A stretch of 63,401 nucleotides of DNA, filler included, from Globobulimina sp. (taxonomy: Eukaryota): assembly GCA_003354225.1 (NCBI GenBank). It is 49 parts of 49 records of this genome, joined end to end, with 100 filler letters (N's around TTAATTAATTAA, not from the genome) between each part and the next. Parts side by side here need not be neighbours in the genome. Positions count along the whole stretch, not along the records: positions 62,207 to 63,401 come from PIVH01021228.1; 48 more parts are not named here. The stretch is one strand, 5' to 3'. The notes under the pieces were generated by a model. It saw only the letters and a list, made by a program, of their open reading frames with translations, had not been told where the DNA came from and did no database searches. Below, one piece after another: positions 62,517-63,401 of this stretch. Every line of letters begins with the position of its first letter. The stretch's first letter is position 1. The position numbers were made by a program, and so were the translations under genes.

Positions 62517-63398
62517 TTAGGCATATAATGTGTGCATATAATTTACAATTTGTTTTATAGTGTTGACATTTGCGTATTTATTCTCATATTCACTAAGTTT
62601 GATACCATTTACAGTCTTTGCACCCATGTACATATTTAGTTTTTTATATTGCATGTTGCCTTTTTCTATACTTCTAAATGTACCATGAATATGTTTGATT
62701 GTATTATTTTTTTTATTGACAATATTTTGAATATTTTCTAGATTTATACCACCGCCAATTGCAATAACTATGTTTGCATTGTGTGCTAATGCATAGGTTA
62801 TCATATTCAAGATACAATTTAACCCCTTTTCAACATCTGATTGCAGCCCAGATGTCAATATTCGATGAACCCCATATTTTACACAGATATCTAACGATTG
62901 AATTGCATCCAATGTCATATCAAATGCTCTATGAAATGTAAATTGTAAATCAGTGTTTCTTCTGATTTCATTCAAACATATTTGTAAATTGCGAGAATTA
63001 ATATTTCCGTTTTTGTCTACAAAGCCACATACAATTCCTTTTAAATTTGGATATAATTTTGTTTGTTTTAATTTGATAATTTGTTGGATGTCATTCAATA
63101 TAATATCCATTTCATTTTTGTTGTATAAGAAATCGCCACTTCGCGGTCTTATCATAACATGGACCTCAATGTTTGGAACACATCTTAAAACTTGAATAAT
63201 TGTACCAATTGATGGTGTTAATCCGCCCTCAATTAATGACGAACATAATTCCACTCGATCTGCACCACCTAAATATGCATTATATGCAGATGTAACTGAA
63301 TCTACACAAATCTCTACCGAATAATCTTTATGTTTCTTGCTGTTCAACAATGAAATGAGTGAATCAATTTTTTTTGACACACAAGAAGTCGACGTCAT
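62517..63398 (-). CDS. cutC: CutC family protein
   Basis: VEICVDS..A..GGADRVELC..GGLTPS.G, VMIRPR.GDF.Y, TFHRAFD, RILTSG. Confidence 0.96.
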   Translation of the reverse strand: MTSTSCVSKKIDSLISLLNSKKHKDYSVEICVDSVTSAYNAYLGGADRVELCSSLIEGGLTPSIGTIIQVLRCVPNIEVHVMIRPRSGDFLYNKNEMDIILNDIQQIIKLKQTKLYPNLKGIVCGFVDKNGNINSRNLQICLNEIRRNTDLQFTFHRAFDMTLDAIQSLDICVKYGVHRILTSGLQSDVEKGLNCILNMITYALAHNANIVIAIGGGINLENIQNIVNKKNNTIKHIHGTFRSIEKGNMQYKKLNMYMGAKTVNGIKLSEYENKYANVNTIKQIVNYMHTLYA

Positions 63399-63401
63399 GA
63401 T

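Overview
This window is not contiguous DNA. It is 49 unrelated short contigs, sorted by length (1197, 1196, 1195 bp), joined by an artificial 100-bp linker (N44-TTAATTAATTAA-N44), so gene context across linkers is meaningless. Most contigs are AT-rich eukaryotic genomic DNA with short GT-AG introns and the standard code. The gene families and composition suggest a foraminiferan or other rhizarian protist, probably amplified single-cell or metagenomic DNA (inference). Recognisable eukaryotic genes: GH162 endo-beta-1,2-glucanase (missed by the ORF track), U-box, sulfatase, MFS and amino-acid transporters, DnaJ, ferrochelatase, PINX1, flavin amine oxidase, RCC1, alpha-carbonic anhydrase, xylulokinase, a degenerate pyruvate kinase, CutC, LMF, and PH/SH3/PHD/HYR/UBA domain proteins. 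Bacterial pieces are a complete higBA toxin-antitoxin operon and an MCP-like fragment fused to a eukaryotic gene. The most unusual signals are a contig-long nested foldback/hairpin array, an SF3B1 copy riddled with microdeletions, a dispersed palindromic MITE-like family, an ART-fold protein, bacterial-type domains such as DUF3825 in eukaryotic-looking genes, and apparent pseudoenzymes. No multi-gene novel system can be supported from 1.2-kb fragments. Family assignments rest on recalled motifs, not database searches.
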